NCBI GenBank assembly: GCA_016861245.1
Contig: BOKZ01000001.1
Location: forward strand, 280,962 to 344,961
DNA: 64,000 nt
Reading direction: 5' to 3'
Origin: Patescibacteria group bacterium
GTDB lineage: Bacteria > Patescibacteriota > UBA1384 > 2-12-FULL-50-11
Shown here: in pieces, positions 47,972-58,098 of the stretch
How the letters are laid out: every line of letters begins with the position of its first letter
Position numbering within the stretch: the stretch's first letter is position 1
Program-made: the position numbers and the translations under genes
The notes under the pieces: generated by a model
The model's database searches: none
What the model was told of the DNA's origin: nothing
The model's input: the letters and a program-made list of their open reading frames with translations, nothing else

Positions 47972-48418
47972 CTATTTTGCATCGAGGGAGTCTTGGTCAA
48001 TTCCTAGACTATTTTTTAGCTCCTCAATCATCCGCTGACCATGTTGTTGTTGCTCGGGGCTTGGATCGGTTGACCTAGGGAACTTGTTCTTTAATTTGAG
48101 TGCCAACGTTATTGCTTGAAGGCGGATAGAGTGGTCCGTAATCCAGTACCTAGACCCGTTCGCAATGAATAGCTTTTTAGCTTCCGTTGCCTCTTTAAGC
48201 CCCTTAACCAACTCGATGTCACTTAACCCAGACTCATCAAGTAATTCAGTTAGGTTAAGTTTGTTTAAGTTTTTTGACCCAACCACGGCAGCCGAGGCTC
48301 TATCTACGCAGTCGTAAGCAGCTACGGCGGCTTCAGTCGCGTTGCCGGTAGCTAAATAGAATTTCGCCCAAGTTTTTTGTTTGAGGGTCTTAGGTGGGTG
48401 AGCTGCTACGGAATTCAT
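47972..48418 (-). CDS. Terminase small subunit-like protein
   Basis: LKQK.W...Y..TGNATEAA..AY.....A...GS.NL. Confidence 0.7.
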   Translation of the reverse strand: MNSVAAHPPKTLKQKTWAKFYLATGNATEAAVAAYDCVDRASAAVVGSKNLNKLNLTELLDESGLSDIELVKGLKEATEAKKLFIANGSRYWITDHSIRLQAITLALKLKNKFPRSTDPSPEQQQHGQRMIEELKNSLGIDQDSLDAK

Positions 48419-48458
48419 TATTTGTACTAAAGCAGGTAAGTTGTTGGAGGAAAAGAAG

Positions 48459-50141
48459 ATGGATACTAACTGGACTCTTGAAACTTTACGAAACTACTTT
48501 GTAGAGTCATTTGCGAGTAAGAATGAGGTCTCAAAAGAAGACTATAAATATGTAATTTATGCTCGCAAGTCAACCGACGACAAAGACAAGCAGTCCTGCT
48601 CCTTATCCGATCAGGTCAAGGAATGTAAGAAGTATGCGGCTAGTGTGGGACTAGTGGTTGTAGGTAAGCCTATAGAGGAAAAGAAATCCGCAAAAAAATC
48701 GGGACAAAGACCAAAGTTTGATGAAATATTAAACATGATCTCTACTGGTAAGATTCACGGCATTATTTCCTGGCACCCAGATCGACTTAGCAGAAATATG
48801 AAAGAAGCCGGAATAATTATTGAAATGCTGGATGAGGGGAAAATAAAAGATCTTCGTTTTGTAACTCAACAGTTTGATAACTCCGCAAGTGGAAAAATGA
48901 TGCTTGCCATCTCCTTCGCAATTAGTAAGCAATATTCAGATAACATGAGTGTAAATATTACTCGTGGGTCTAAGAACCGACTCTATGAAGGTCATGGGAT
49001 GTACCCAGTCCATGGCTACTATAAGGATGGAGATAACTTTTTAAGGCCCGATGGAGCAAATCACGATCTGTTAAGAGAAGCGTTCCAAATGAGATTAGGC
49101 GGTGAAACCCACGCAGCTATTTGCGAGTTCTTGAATACTTCCGGATATCAAAAAGCCAGAGGGATGGGTGTGGTCAAGCACATAACATTCAAATGGACAC
49201 CGGGTAAACTTTCAGAGCAGTTCTCTAATCCCATCTTTGCGGGGCTGCAACTACATGGCAAGGATGTAGTTAATCTTGTTGACCTTTACAACTTTGAACC
49301 CCTAATTACACCGGAGCAGTATGTAATGATTAGTTCGCTAGGAAAGAATCAAGGCTTTCTTAAGAAACACCGGAGCAAGAAAAAAAAGATAGCCCAATTA
49401 CTAAATGGGAAAATTCTTTGCGGATATTGTAAACGGCCGATGCATGCCAGCATGACCACAAAAAAGCCTAAAAATGGCCAAACAGAAAAGTCTCTTTATT
49501 TGTTTTACCGCTGCCCTTACGGCGATTGTCCTTTCTTTGCTGAATGGGAAAAGTTTAAGGCTAAGAAAAGACACCACCTGCATGTCAAGGCCAGAGTGAT
49601 AGTTAACTTTGCCCAAGAACAGCTGACACATTTGAAAGTAAACTCCGAAGAAACCTTCAACAGCCAAATTGCTGGATTGAAAGCCGAAGCCGCAAGCAAT
49701 ATCCAAAAACTCCAAGTCAAGAAGACAAACTTAGAGCGTCAACGTGTCAGCAAGAAGGATCATATTCTTTCGTTGCAAGAAGCGGTAAAGAATATTGATA
49801 CTAAGGTTGTCTCAGAATTCCAATCAGATTTAGATAATGAGATAAAGTCACTTACTCAAATTAAATTCGCAATCGCTGAAGTTGAGGAAGCAATTGAGAT
49901 AAGTCAGACGGCAGTACCTACATACAAGGATTTCCTCGAACTTATAGCTTCCCTACCAGTTAAATTGCAGTATGCAAAAATGCTATTAGCTAAAGATAGA
50001 ATACTAAGTTCTATATTCTCGAACTTTTATGTAACAGATAAGGGCGTGCAAGGGTTTACGCTCGCTGAACCATATGCAAGCCTACTTGTGCCTCAAAATG
50101 TTCGTTCTCGTAGCGGGGGCACGATTCGAACGTGCGCCTAG
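48459..50141 (+). CDS. Large serine recombinase
   Basis: YARKS..Q..S..DQ, SAKKSGQRPKF, WHPDRLSRN, Zn ribbon CGYC..YRC...C, coiled coil. Confidence 0.93.
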   Translation: MDTNWTLETLRNYFVESFASKNEVSKEDYKYVIYARKSTDDKDKQSCSLSDQVKECKKYAASVGLVVVGKPIEEKKSAKKSGQRPKFDEILNMISTGKIHGIISWHPDRLSRNMKEAGIIIEMLDEGKIKDLRFVTQQFDNSASGKMMLAISFAISKQYSDNMSVNITRGSKNRLYEGHGMYPVHGYYKDGDNFLRPDGANHDLLREAFQMRLGGETHAAICEFLNTSGYQKARGMGVVKHITFKWTPGKLSEQFSNPIFAGLQLHGKDVVNLVDLYNFEPLITPEQYVMISSLGKNQGFLKKHRSKKKKIAQLLNGKILCGYCKRPMHASMTTKKPKNGQTEKSLYLFYRCPYGDCPFFAEWEKFKAKKRHHLHVKARVIVNFAQEQLTHLKVNSEETFNSQIAGLKAEAASNIQKLQVKKTNLERQRVSKKDHILSLQEAVKNIDTKVVSEFQSDLDNEIKSLTQIKFAIAEVEEAIEISQTAVPTYKDFLELIASLPVKLQYAKMLLAKDRILSSIFSNFYVTDKGVQGFTLAEPYASLLVPQNVRSRSGGTIRTCA

Positions 50142-50181
50142 TGGTTATGAGCCACTCGAGGTACCATTCCTCCACCCCGCT
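50111..50181 (-). tRNA. tRNA-Met(CAT), initiator-type with A1-U72
   Basis: AGCGGGG/CCCCGCT acceptor, A11-U24 type D stem, AGTGG-CTCATAA-CCACT anticodon arm. Confidence 0.88.
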
Positions 50182-50344
50182 AATTAGGCATTATAAGGCA
50201 ATCTAGGGCAAAAAACCACCCTCGGTTCGCCGATCGAGGTTCTTACGTTGATTGTCGCTCTCTATCTCGGTACAATCTGGTTATGACAAATCGTAATCAT
50301 CGAGCAGGCATCCAGAATACGCGCATAAGAAAGTTTACAAATAA

Positions 50345-52156
50345 ATGAATACACGTAATCGTTTATGGCGCCAAATTTTCTCGGCTTTAACAATTGTATT
50401 TTTAATCGCCGTTGTTTGGAGTTTATTTAGTTTTCAATCGGTAGAGAAACCTCAAGATGTCCCGATCTCTCAAATAAGTAGCGAAATCGCAGCCGGAACT
50501 GTTGAAAAAGTAGTTGTCGAGGGTAATAAAGTTACCGCTGTCAAAAAAGATAAAACGGAGCTCGTGAGCTATAAAGAGTCTAGCCAGGGCCTAAAAGATT
50601 ACGGAATTACCTCTGAGAAAGTTATTGTTGATATTAAGAACCCGGATTCCGGCGCGGTTTGGTCGACGCTAGCCTCGATCTTTCTACCGTTTCTTTTAGT
50701 TGCGGCGTTACTGTACTTTTTAACTCGCCGCGCTCAAAGCGGCAATATGCAAGCGATGTCGTTTGGTAAAACCACTGCCCGATCGTACATGGGAGAGAAG
50801 CGTGTCACGTTCGCTGATGTGGCGGGGATGAAACACGCCAAACAGGAACTGGTTGAAATAGTTGAGTTTCTAAAAAGTCCGGCCAAGTTTAAAGCGCTCG
50901 GAGCGGAGATCCCAAGAGGCGTACTACTTATCGGCCCAGCTGGCGTTGGAAAGACGCTTTTGGCGAAAGCAGTAGCCGGCGAAGCGAACGTCCCGTTTCT
51001 GTCGTTATCTGCTTCTGAATTCGTCGAGATGTTTGTCGGGGTCGGTGCGTCGCGCGTGCGCGATCTATTTACCAAAGCGAAGCGTCTTGCGCCCACGGTT
51101 ATTTTTATCGACGAACTAGACGCGGTTGGGCGACAGCGCGGTACTGGTTTGGGCGGCTCACACGACGAGCGTGAGCAAACGTTAAACCAAATTCTAGTTG
51201 AGATGGACGGATTTGATACCGACGCTAACGTAATTGTATTGGCGGCAACTAACCGTCCTGACGTTCTTGACCCAGCCCTCTTGCGACCAGGAAGATTCGA
51301 TCGAAAAGTTTCGCTCGATTTGCCGGATCGAGCCGAACGCGCAGCAATTTTAAAAATCCACGCCGCTAACAAACCGCTCGACTCAAAAGTAGATCTAGAA
51401 GAAGTCGCTAAAGGTACACCTGGTTTGTCCGGAGCAGATCTGCGCAATGTTATGAACGAGGCGGCGATACTGGCAGCACGTGACGGTAAAAAGAAAATCG
51501 ATCAGAAAGATTTGCGACACGCAATCGATAAAACGTTACTCGGTCCTGAGCGAACGAGTTACCTAATGACGGAGAGCGAACGCAAAACTGTCGCGTACCA
51601 CGAGGCCGGACATGCAATCCTCGGTCATATTCTTCCCGAGCTCGATGACGTTCACAAAGTTTCGATCGTTTCTAGGGGAATGGCCCTTGGCTATACGCTG
51701 AGTCTGCCTAACGAAGATCGCAAACTAATCCCACAGAAAAAATTTGAGCAGGAGATCGTACAGCTTCTTGGTGGACGGGCAGCCGAACAGATTATCTTTA
51801 ACACCGTAACAACTGGTGCCAGCAATGATCTTGAGCGCGCGACGGCTATTGCACGGAATATGGTAACCGTGTTTGGTATGAGCCGACTCGGACCGATTAA
51901 GGTTGGCGAGCGCGAAGAGATGGTATTTCTTGGTCGGGAGATGGGAATGCATAGGGTTCATTCGGAAAAGTTAGCGGCACTCATCGACGAAGAGATTACG
52001 AAAATTATCACCAACGCCTGGGAAACTGCCTTAAAACTTCTAAGTAAAGAGCTTAAGACTTTAAAAGTTATGGCCGAGGCGTTGCTTAAAGAAGAGACGC
52101 TCGAGGACGCTGAGCTGGCCGCCATCTTTGCTACACTAAAACCAGTACGAGGCTAA
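50345..52156 (+). CDS. ftsH: ATP-dependent zinc metalloprotease
   Basis: 2 TM segments, GPAGVGKT, FIDELD, RPGRFDR, HEAGH. Confidence 0.97.
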   Translation: MNTRNRLWRQIFSALTIVFLIAVVWSLFSFQSVEKPQDVPISQISSEIAAGTVEKVVVEGNKVTAVKKDKTELVSYKESSQGLKDYGITSEKVIVDIKNPDSGAVWSTLASIFLPFLLVAALLYFLTRRAQSGNMQAMSFGKTTARSYMGEKRVTFADVAGMKHAKQELVEIVEFLKSPAKFKALGAEIPRGVLLIGPAGVGKTLLAKAVAGEANVPFLSLSASEFVEMFVGVGASRVRDLFTKAKRLAPTVIFIDELDAVGRQRGTGLGGSHDEREQTLNQILVEMDGFDTDANVIVLAATNRPDVLDPALLRPGRFDRKVSLDLPDRAERAAILKIHAANKPLDSKVDLEEVAKGTPGLSGADLRNVMNEAAILAARDGKKKIDQKDLRHAIDKTLLGPERTSYLMTESERKTVAYHEAGHAILGHILPELDDVHKVSIVSRGMALGYTLSLPNEDRKLIPQKKFEQEIVQLLGGRAAEQIIFNTVTTGASNDLERATAIARNMVTVFGMSRLGPIKVGEREEMVFLGREMGMHRVHSEKLAALIDEEITKIITNAWETALKLLSKELKTLKVMAEALLKEETLEDAELAAIFATLKPVRG

Positions 52157-52170
52157 ACCCGAAGGAGGGG

Positions 52171-52704
52171 ATGAAAAATACGGTTTTAGAGAAATTATTC
52201 TGGGTTTCTGGTTGGACATACGATTTCACTAAGATCGCGACGATTTTTCTGATGATCGGGTTATTGAGCCATTATTTTTTCTTTTCGGTACTGATTGTCC
52301 GAGGTAAGAGTATGGAGCCGAACTACGTCGACGGCGATGTAGTTGGTGTTAACAAAATTGCTTACATCGTTTCAACACCGAAGCGCGGCGACGTTATCGC
52401 GATGTTTTTTCCCGGCGAGACTCAAAAACGTTTTATCAAACGGGTGATCGGGCTGCCCGGCGAGACGATTCGAATTGCTGATGGGCTGGTTTACGTAAAC
52501 GGCACGCTCTTAGTTGAAGGCTATCTCAGTCCAGAGCTACTCACGATCCCGAATCTCGAGCGAAAATTAGTCGAGGGAGAATACTTTGTTCTTGGAGATA
52601 ATAGAGTTGCAAGCTCAGACTCGCGTGCCTGGGGGGCGGTCCCAGAGTCGTTTATAATCGGTAAAGCGTTGGTAAATATCGCAAAGCTACCGAGTCGTCC
52701 TTAA
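52171..52704 (+). CDS. lepB: Signal peptidase I
   Basis: GKSMEP, FIKRVIGLPGE, GDNR..S.DSR. Confidence 0.95.
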   Translation: MKNTVLEKLFWVSGWTYDFTKIATIFLMIGLLSHYFFFSVLIVRGKSMEPNYVDGDVVGVNKIAYIVSTPKRGDVIAMFFPGETQKRFIKRVIGLPGETIRIADGLVYVNGTLLVEGYLSPELLTIPNLERKLVEGEYFVLGDNRVASSDSRAWGAVPESFIIGKALVNIAKLPSRP

Positions 52705-54278
52705 GAAACCAACGGTCCTCTGAGGGTCGTGATCGTTTTTGAGATCGAGTCGGTAAGCTCGGTAATGTCTTCAACAAACTGAGTAGTTGAGGACTCTTTG
52801 TACGTAATAAACCAGTCGGGCTTAATAATGGTGGTGCTCGATCGGTCAAATCGCTCGGCCCATTCCTTAGTTTTATTCAGAGCAATTGCGTAAGGGAGAT
52901 ACAACTCGAAGGTGTGGTTACGAGTACTCTCGAGCGGTAACGGTTCCTTCAGCCCTAAAAAGTTACCGAACGATATCCAGTCTCTGCGGGTTGCGATACC
53001 CGCTTCGCTGTATCGAACTAGCTTTGGCGTCAATCGAATAATCAGAAACGAGACTAGCATCGTGCCACCGAGCGGTATGCTTAAATACGGTGACGCACCG
53101 ACTATCGCCACCCAAAGCAGCCCGACGGCGCTGGTAAAGTAAAGCGCTAAACCGAAAAGTTTATACTTAACTCGGGTCAGATGTGGGTTCTCTAAGAAAA
53201 AGTTTTGTTCGGTAATGATTTGGTACACTTGTCCGAACGCGTCTCGAACTTTCGGGCTAAATAGCGAACTATCGGTGATTTCTTGCAGTCCTTCAGTTGC
53301 GAGCTTGCCATGATCTGGGAAAAGCTCTTCAAGGATATTGCGTTCCCAACTTGTTAGATGCTCATCGAACGGCTTGCGCTGGCTTAGGTAATACTGCCCG
53401 GTTCGCTCAACTATAACGATGTAGCCGCGCCGACAAAGTTCTACGAGTAACGCCACGATCACCCGGGGGTGTATCTTCTTTTGTACGAGCACACCAACCA
53501 ACATCGCTGAAAGCTGGCTCGGGGGACGGTCGAGGATCGAAGTAACTGGTACTCGGTCGAGGCGTTGACGTCTGTATAGCAGTAGTAACATCGATAGGCC
53601 AATAATTGGTAGCAGTATTCCAAGCGTCAGCCACGGTAGAACCTCTAGATTTGTTAGATATAGTCGTATCTCTTGAACCTTAGTTAGTGAAAGAACTCGT
53701 TTCGGCCAACTAGCGCTGATTGTAAACAACGATCCCGGAGCGGCGTATTCAGCACTATACACAACCGTATTATTGCTAACTGTCGTTTTAGGATTTGAGA
53801 CCCCGGAAATTGCAAATGCGTTTCCAGTTAGTCCTTCGGTCATATCTTTAGTCGGCAACGAAAAACTGACAGAGACGTTATAGATTGGATCAGGAATCTC
53901 CTGAAAAATTTTTATAAAAATTTGATCGCGATTATTGTTTCTAACTAGCGTTGTGGTCGTTGTATACGTAATTTTCCATTCTCGAGCGAGCTGCTTTGCG
54001 CGGACTACGTGGTGGTTACCAATCTTACCAACCGAGTAGCGAGAGTCGTCGATGTCGCTACCGTCGGCGCTAACAACAAGATTCCTGATATTCGAAAAAA
54101 CCTCCCATTCGAGCTGTATAGGAGTGTTGTACGTTAATTTTTGTGCAATCTGAACCGATCCGTTCTGATTTAAAACTGTTTCGATGTTGAGCTGTTGCAT
54201 CGGCGCGGCGCCACGTGCTTGCCCAGCTAGGCCCAACAGCAGTATCGCAAAGAGCGATATTTGGAAAATTCGGATCAT
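52701..54278 (-). CDS. DUF2207 membrane protein
   Basis: Signal peptide, LVEL..RGYI, FE.YLPYAIAL...EWA.RF, PDWF. Confidence 0.85.
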   Translation of the reverse strand: MIRIFQISLFAILLLGLAGQARGAAPMQQLNIETVLNQNGSVQIAQKLTYNTPIQLEWEVFSNIRNLVVSADGSDIDDSRYSVGKIGNHHVVRAKQLAREWKITYTTTTTLVRNNNRDQIFIKIFQEIPDPIYNVSVSFSLPTKDMTEGLTGNAFAISGVSNPKTTVSNNTVVYSAEYAAPGSLFTISASWPKRVLSLTKVQEIRLYLTNLEVLPWLTLGILLPIIGLSMLLLLYRRQRLDRVPVTSILDRPPSQLSAMLVGVLVQKKIHPRVIVALLVELCRRGYIVIVERTGQYYLSQRKPFDEHLTSWERNILEELFPDHGKLATEGLQEITDSSLFSPKVRDAFGQVYQIITEQNFFLENPHLTRVKYKLFGLALYFTSAVGLLWVAIVGASPYLSIPLGGTMLVSFLIIRLTPKLVRYSEAGIATRRDWISFGNFLGLKEPLPLESTRNHTFELYLPYAIALNKTKEWAERFDRSSTTIIKPDWFITYKESSTTQFVEDITELTDSISKTITTLRGPLVS

Positions 54279-54323
54279 GACCTTATCGTAGCCTAGTTTC
54301 CTCGATTAGAGTACGCTAAACAC

Positions 54324-54572
54324 ATGAAACGATTTGCGGCCGCCTATCTATTTGCAATAGTTGTGGTGACGCTGCTGGCTAATCTTGTGTTTATTCTTTT
54401 GTACGGGCGGCAATTCTTTTACGACGCAGCGATACTTTGTACTGAGAATTGCAGTGGGTCAGTAAACGAGCCGAGTATTCTTCTGCCGCTTCTTGGGATA
54501 AACGCCATCGTTCTCATACTTTTTATATTCGGTTACTTTGTCGCCAGATTACTAATGAAGACGAATAAGTAG
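54324..54572 (+). CDS. Small membrane protein
   Basis: 2 TM segments. Confidence 0.6.
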   Translation: MKRFAAAYLFAIVVVTLLANLVFILLYGRQFFYDAAILCTENCSGSVNEPSILLPLLGINAIVLILFIFGYFVARLLMKTNK

Positions 54573-54620
54573 TTACGAGCATAGACCGTCGTAACTGGTT
54601 CGTGATAGTCTAAAACAAGA

Positions 54621-55172
54621 ATGAAGTATTTCTTCGGCACAATCGTGATCGCTCTGATCGCGTTTGGTTACTACTCGTTTTATTACCAGCCGCTCGCCGC
54701 GTCGTCCCCAACGGCGACTCCGGTTTTAACGCTCTCAGAGATACCTAACGACATCTGCCCGGAGAAAATATGGCTGCTAGTTGCGGCTGTTAACGACCCG
54801 AAGCCCTTAGTTGATCGGTCGGTCCCAGTTAGAGAATGCCGAACAGTACTTCTTAAGAATTATCTTCCAGCGTCGTCGGGTGAGTACGCAGTTTTCATGA
54901 AGTTACCGACGTCGCTCGCTAGCTCAGTAGTCGTGAGCACTCCCCTCACTCGATCTATCACCGTACCTATCCGTCTCGGTGATGTAACTAAGGACAACGT
55001 AATCGACGCAGCTGACGAGAAGTTGGTTACTGATGCGCTGTACTCAATCGGCGGCGTAGCCGACATCACAGGGGACGGTAAAGTTTCGGTTGATGATGTT
55101 GTGACTGTGCGCATAAATAAAGGGGTTGGCGCCGATCGACCGGACAGTAAGCCCTGGGGGAAGATCGAGTAA
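54621..55172 (+). CDS. Dockerin-domain membrane-anchored protein
   Basis: GDVTKDNVIDAAD and ADITGDGKVSVDD duplicated Ca-binding motifs. Confidence 0.75.
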   Translation: MKYFFGTIVIALIAFGYYSFYYQPLAASSPTATPVLTLSEIPNDICPEKIWLLVAAVNDPKPLVDRSVPVRECRTVLLKNYLPASSGEYAVFMKLPTSLASSVVVSTPLTRSITVPIRLGDVTKDNVIDAADEKLVTDALYSIGGVADITGDGKVSVDDVVTVRINKGVGADRPDSKPWGKIE

Positions 55173-56488
55173 TGAAACGAGCGCTGTCGAGTCGAGCGGT
55201 GTTTATTATTTTAAGTTTTATTACTGCAGTACTGCTCTTTGGATCGATGGTGTTACAAAACGTTTATTTTAAAGCCGACCAAGTTGATTCGTCACTCTTT
55301 ATCTCGCCGACGACGTTCTCGCGCAAACCTAACTCCAACGTCACTCTACAAGTTAAAGCCAATATTCAGGGCGCGGCAGTTATCGCTGGGGCACAGTTTT
55401 ACTTGGAGTACGATCAGTCGTTATTGGAGTTTTCTGAAACAACAACAACACCCCCATTTACTAGTTTGCAAAGCGTGGCTGACGAAGGGGTGGTGGCTTG
55501 GACGCTTCTTCCGTCTACGGAATTCGGCACGACGGTTCAGTTGAGCGGCGAGGTAACGTTTGGTTCGGTAGCGTTCAAAACAATAGCCGAGGGCCAAGCG
55601 ACAGTTCGTTTCCGTCAGAGCGACAGCAGTATTACGGCGATTGATTCGAGTCGTTCGCCGGCGCTTTATAACGCAATTGTTTCAATCCAGGACAGTAGCG
55701 GAATTATCTCTGAGCGAAACGGGGAGGCGGCGAAGCCAACCGAAACGTTAACGAAGTCTGCCGAAGTTCTCCCGACTTTCTCGGCGCAAAAGGTGCTGCG
55801 TAACGAGCCGGTTGTTTCCGATGTCGCTGCGAAGTTGCTTGTTTCGCTAAAGTACGTTGGTGGGATAAGCGTTCGCTTTGGCACGACTAGCGACTTACCA
55901 CTGACGATTGAAGCAAGCGAGCTATCGCAGCATCATCTAATCGACTTCTCAGCCCTCGAACCAGAGACGCGATATTATTACCAGCTCATAGTCTACTCCG
56001 AAGACAAAAAAACCTCTCTAAAAACACAAACGAAGAGTTTTGTCACATCTAGCGCTGGCGGTCGGATTGCTGATCAGAAGCTGACGAGCGTAGCAGTGTT
56101 GCCGGAAGTCGCTACTAAGACCGCTAAAGTTGTAATCGCCGCCCGTGACGATCAAGGGAAGGTAAGTAGCGAGCAGTTAACTGTTGTGCCAGTTTCGGGA
56201 AGCGCACAAGTTATAGAGCAGCGAGCACTTAACGGAATAACGGTCGCCACCGTTTCTTCTACTATCACAACCAATCAAAGCGTTGACTTATCTGTTCGTG
56301 CTGGCGAGCGGGAGGTTGCACAGGCGAAACTTACGTTCGATCCTTCGATCGCCGACCACACCGAGCCGATGTATAAGTTCCCAGGTCCGATTCAGATCAC
56401 GCCGAATAACGCGGCTCTACTGTTTTTGGTGGCAGCGGGGATGATTTTATTCGGCATGCTGTTTATCCGTCTGGCAAGAAGTAAATAA
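55172..56488 (+). CDS. Cohesin-like plus FN3-like surface protein
   Basis: IAGAQFYLEYDQSLLE..GSVAFK...G.A.V.F; LEPETRYYY; TM at both ends. Confidence 0.7.
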   Translation: MKRALSSRAVFIILSFITAVLLFGSMVLQNVYFKADQVDSSLFISPTTFSRKPNSNVTLQVKANIQGAAVIAGAQFYLEYDQSLLEFSETTTTPPFTSLQSVADEGVVAWTLLPSTEFGTTVQLSGEVTFGSVAFKTIAEGQATVRFRQSDSSITAIDSSRSPALYNAIVSIQDSSGIISERNGEAAKPTETLTKSAEVLPTFSAQKVLRNEPVVSDVAAKLLVSLKYVGGISVRFGTTSDLPLTIEASELSQHHLIDFSALEPETRYYYQLIVYSEDKKTSLKTQTKSFVTSSAGGRIADQKLTSVAVLPEVATKTAKVVIAARDDQGKVSSEQLTVVPVSGSAQVIEQRALNGITVATVSSTITTNQSVDLSVRAGEREVAQAKLTFDPSIADHTEPMYKFPGPIQITPNNAALLFLVAAGMILFGMLFIRLARSK

Positions 56489-58098
56489 TGTCGCCGATTC
56501 GCCGCATCACCAACTTATTCTATCAGTCGCACAACTTGAAGCAGGCGGTTGGTATCTTGTTTGTGACGGTACTAATTAGCAACGTCTTGGGGCTTATCCG
56601 TAATATTATTATCGCCAATCGGGTTGGCGTAACCTACGGTTCGATCGGTCCGCTCGACAATTACTACGCCGCCTTTGTTTTACCCGATTTTCTTTACAGC
56701 ATTTTAATCGTCGGTGCGCTCAGCTCGGCGATCCTCCCGCTACTGGTAAAAATCGATACCGAGGAAAACGATCAGAAATTTTGGCAGACGTTTAATACTC
56801 TACTCTCAACTGGTTTCACGGCAATTATTTTTGGGCTAGCCGCACTGTATTTTATGCTCCCTTGGTTGATGCCGCGATTATTCCCAGGTTTCTCAGATGT
56901 CGATATTCGGCAGACAACCGAATTAGCGCAGGCGATGCTACTAAGCCCGCTATTCTTTACTGTTTCCCAGCTCTCAACCTCGGCACTGCAGGCAAAGAAA
57001 ATGTTTTTTGCGCCGGCGTTAGCGCCGATCGTTTACAACGTCTCAATTATTACGGGCGCCCTGCTTATCCCCAGATTCGGCTTACCGGTCCTCGTTTTCG
57101 GAGTAATCTTAGGGGCAGCGGCGCATTTTCTCGTTCAGCTTCCAAGTTTACTGCGACTGGGTTGGCGTTTTAGTTTTGAGATTAGTTTTGGCAGCGGTTT
57201 AGTTCGTCAGGTGTTTAAACTAATGATCCCGAGAACAATCGCTCTCACTAGTACCCAATTGCTACTCATCGCTTTCTACCGCATCGCCTCAGATTTTTCG
57301 GCGGGTTCAATCGCTATTTATCGCCTGACCGACGATCTGCAAACTGCACCGGTGTTGCTACTCGCCAATACGTTAGCGATGGCGATTTTACCGGACTTTA
57401 CGCGCAAATTTGCTAAGGATCAAAAGGAAGAGTACCAACAGCTTGTCGGCAAGGCTCTTCGTCTACTCCTGTTTATTTTTCTACCGGCGACGATATATCT
57501 TTTGCTGTTTAGAACACAAATTATCGGTTTATATATCTCGATCGGTCACAGTATCGACCCAGCTGAAACAATAATGGCGATCAAGACCTTTTCGTATTTC
57601 GTGATTTCAATATTCTTTCAAGGCGCCGTACTACTTTTGGCGCGAGCGTACTTTGCGCGCTCAGACACAATGCGCCCCACAGTCTACAGTATCTGCTCGA
57701 TTGCGGTGGCGCTTCTTTTTGCGTGGTGGAGCGCTCGCGCAACTTCACTCGGTGTGGCTGGGCTCGCACTCGCCTTTTCGATCGGCTCAATTATTAACGC
57801 ATTACTACTGTGGTCGACTATTGGGGTACCGCTTCGAAGTTTTTTGTACGATATAGATGGTAAAAAGAATGTATTGTTAGTGTTAGCCGGTGGGCTAATG
57901 ACGACAGCAGTATTTGCTGTTGCTTACGTCGCTTCGCCGACGGTTAGCGCGCTTTTCACTAATAGCCCGTCCGCGCAGAACTTAATTGAACTATTATTTG
58001 GATTAGCGGTAGGACTACTGTTTTACTTTGTCTGGAGTAAAGTGTTTAATCTAGAGCAATGGCAGATGATCCGCAACAGACGTTCTACTCAGACGTAG
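56488..58098 (+). CDS. murJ: Lipid II flippase
   Basis: S.VLGL.R, D.Y.AAF.LPD, GALSSA..P, AP.VYN, LARAYFA..DT..P. Confidence 0.92.
   Translation: MSPIRRITNLFYQSHNLKQAVGILFVTVLISNVLGLIRNIIIANRVGVTYGSIGPLDNYYAAFVLPDFLYSILIVGALSSAILPLLVKIDTEENDQKFWQTFNTLLSTGFTAIIFGLAALYFMLPWLMPRLFPGFSDVDIRQTTELAQAMLLSPLFFTVSQLSTSALQAKKMFFAPALAPIVYNVSIITGALLIPRFGLPVLVFGVILGAAAHFLVQLPSLLRLGWRFSFEISFGSGLVRQVFKLMIPRTIALTSTQLLLIAFYRIASDFSAGSIAIYRLTDDLQTAPVLLLANTLAMAILPDFTRKFAKDQKEEYQQLVGKALRLLLFIFLPATIYLLLFRTQIIGLYISIGHSIDPAETIMAIKTFSYFVISIFFQGAVLLLARAYFARSDTMRPTVYSICSIAVALLFAWWSARATSLGVAGLALAFSIGSIINALLLWSTIGVPLRSFLYDIDGKKNVLLVLAGGLMTTAVFAVAYVASPTVSALFTNSPSAQNLIELLFGLAVGLLFYFVWSKVFNLEQWQMIRNRRSTQT

Larger units (their letters stand above)
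45436..50126. mobile_element. ~4.7-kb serine-recombinase element (phage-satellite-like) integrated at tRNA-iMet
   Basis: 17-bp gtagcgggggcacgatt at 45436, 45480 and 50110; encodes a recombinase and a small-terminase-like gene. Confidence 0.85.

Noticed and set aside
50734-51447. Long antisense ORFs (also 34627-35226, 60382-60921, 17738-18280, 2383-2871)
   Set aside because: These are shadow frames opposite well-supported genes and lack protein motifs.
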